Positions 62,583 through 64,000 of a DNA stretch of 64,000 nt are shown piece after piece (within the stretch, counting starts at the first letter, position 1; each line of letters opens with the position of its first letter). The stretch is taken from contig CAWHAE010000009.1 of the NCBI GenBank assembly GCA_963827235.1, positions 192,001 through 256,000 of the forward strand. Reading direction: 5' to 3'. The notes under the pieces were generated by a model. The model ran no database searches, was not told where the DNA came from, and saw only the letters and a list, made by a program, of their open reading frames with translations. Origin of the DNA: an uncultured bacterium (lineage in GTDB: Bacteria > Chloroflexota > UBA5177 > JANWHV01). Both the position numbers and the translations under genes were made by a program.

Positions 62583-63335
62583 ATGGCCGCTCACAAGACC
62601 GGGACGCGGGAAGAGTGGCTCGCCGCAAGCGAACAGTTGCTCGAACGCGAGAAGGAGTACACGCGGCTCGGTGACGAGCTGGCCCGCCAGCGCCGCGAAC
62701 TACCGTGGGTACGCGTCGAGAAGGAGTACCGCTTCGATGCCGACGACGGGGCGAGGACGCTTGCCGAGCTGTTCGCCGGCTGCTCCCAGCTGCTCATCTA
62801 CCACTTCATGTTCGGACCGCGCTACGAGGCCGGCGACGCTACCAACGCGTCGATTGCCGATGCAGTGAACGCCATCCTGCCCCACCTCCACGCTCGCGAC
62901 GTCACCATGCTCTTCGTCTCGCATGCGCCGCTCGCCAAGCTCCAAGCGTTCAAGCGACGCCTGGGCTGGAGCTTTCCCTGGGTCTCCGACGGTGACAGCG
63001 GCTTCAACGCGGACCTCGGCTTTTCGTCGACCGAGGAGCAACCGCGTGCAGTAATTACCCCGATGCTCGAGGCCGGCATGCCGCCCATCGTGGAGAAGAA
63101 TGCGCGCGAAGCCGGCACCGATGCCGCCGGCTACCTGACCGAAACACCCGGCTTCAGTGCGTTCGTGCTCGAAGACGGCATCGTCTACCACACGTACGCG
63201 ACCACCTGGCGCGGACTCGAGTTCCTGATGAGCTACTACCCGATCCTCGACCGGGCTCCCAAAGGTCGCGACGAGGGAGCGGCGTGGCAGCTCTGGCTCC
63301 GCCGCCACGACGAGTACGAACACGACACGCCATGA
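62583..63335 (+). CDS. DUF899 thioredoxin-like protein
   Basis: TREEWL, RRELPWV, QLLIYHFMFGP, GWSFPWVS, LDRAPKGRDE, RRHDEY. Confidence 0.92.
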   Translation: MAAHKTGTREEWLAASEQLLEREKEYTRLGDELARQRRELPWVRVEKEYRFDADDGARTLAELFAGCSQLLIYHFMFGPRYEAGDATNASIADAVNAILPHLHARDVTMLFVSHAPLAKLQAFKRRLGWSFPWVSDGDSGFNADLGFSSTEEQPRAVITPMLEAGMPPIVEKNAREAGTDAAGYLTETPGFSAFVLEDGIVYHTYATTWRGLEFLMSYYPILDRAPKGRDEGAAWQLWLRRHDEYEHDTP

Positions 63336-63563
63336 GAGCACGTGTCCCTCGCGATGCCAGCGCGATCGTCGCGGCAGAGGCCGGCTTTATCCTTGCGCCC
63401 GGATCGCAAGCAGTTGCTGAGCAGGGCCCGGCGACCAGCCCGAATTCCCGAGCAGCCACATTCCTAATGGTCGGGCCGTATGCTCATGCGAGAGACTGAT
63501 GGACCGCACCGCCGCGACAGCGGGTGCGGTGGGCAGAAGATGGATGCAGATCACGCCGCATGC

Positions 63564-63713
63564 GCAGTGGTGTGGGCGCGGACCGCGCTGATGCACGTAC
63601 CCCGCTTCGCGCACACCGCGACTCTCCTCCCCGACGGTGACGTACTTGTCGCCGGTGGTGGCGACCCTCAGACTGGCGCAGAGCTGTCAAGCGCGGAGAT
63701 CTACCAGCCATGA
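63564..63713 (+). pseudogene. Single Kelch-repeat fragment
   Basis: W.RT..MHVPRFAHTATLLPDGDVLVAGG...SSAEIYQP*. Confidence 0.7.
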
Positions 63714-63764
63714 CAAACGCGATGAGCCTGAATGCTGCTCTGTATCGGGCGGATTCTCGTCATC

Positions 63765-63935
63765 GTGCAAGTGTGCGAACAATGCCAAACCCGCGCTTCG
63801 CGGGTTTGGCTGGATGGCTCCAGCGATGGCCCGCGCGAGCCGTACCTGTTCTGCAAGCAGTGCGCCGACCAGATCAGACAGTGCGCCCTGGCCGGCGAGA
63901 GTACCTCCCAGGACTGCAGAAAAGCGCAGCGCTGA
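63765..63935 (+). CDS. Small putative Zn-ribbon protein
   Basis: CEQC...(~22 aa)...CKQC; weak RBS. Confidence 0.4.
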   Translation: MQVCEQCQTRASRVWLDGSSDGPREPYLFCKQCADQIRQCALAGESTSQDCRKAQR

Positions 63936-64000
63936 CTACGCCTGCCAGGCACACCAGGCCGAGCAACACCACGGTGGCCTGTACGCCGGCGTGCGCTGCC

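Noticed and set aside
1-64000. CRISPR array, rRNA, tRNA, prophage or known riboswitch
   Set aside because: No regularly spaced repeats, RNA gene signatures or phage hallmark genes seen by eye; a cmscan or tRNAscan run would be decisive

Overview
GC-rich bacterial chromosomal window. Gene content and Gram-positive-style promoters suggest a soil Chloroflexota/Terrabacteria genome (inference only). It is an accessory-type region rich in transporters (MFS, MMPL, YhgE/DUF3533-like, TnrB/NarAB-type ABC, MacB/FtsX ABC, Ugp-like ABC, Opp ABC), regulators (MarR, TetR, OmpR two-component pair, PAS kinase, SigG-type ECF), a MazEF toxin-antitoxin pair, secreted proteins, and about eight short gene scars including ISAs1 and tyrosine-recombinase remnants. 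I saw no rRNA, tRNA or CRISPR array. Main observations: (1) a YhgE/DUF3533-like membrane protein whose ectodomain is arranged AAAA-BBBB, i.e. apparently nested four times inside itself; (2) a Ugp-like ABC operon ending in an RNase J/beta-CASP-type hydrolase behind a four-repeat Pho-box-like promoter; (3) a secreted protein with a ~55% Thr tail next to a protein O-mannosyltransferase; (4) a beta-propeller/Cu-SOD-like fusion followed by a Met-rich YtkA/FixH-like protein; (5) a secreted protein of four Cys-paired NPCBM-like repeats; (6) a dispersed GTAG-footed REP-like element; (7) readable operator/promoter motifs for most local regulators. Six +1 frameshifts in three genes look like long-read insertion errors. 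All family calls come from motif recognition by eye; no database searches were run.
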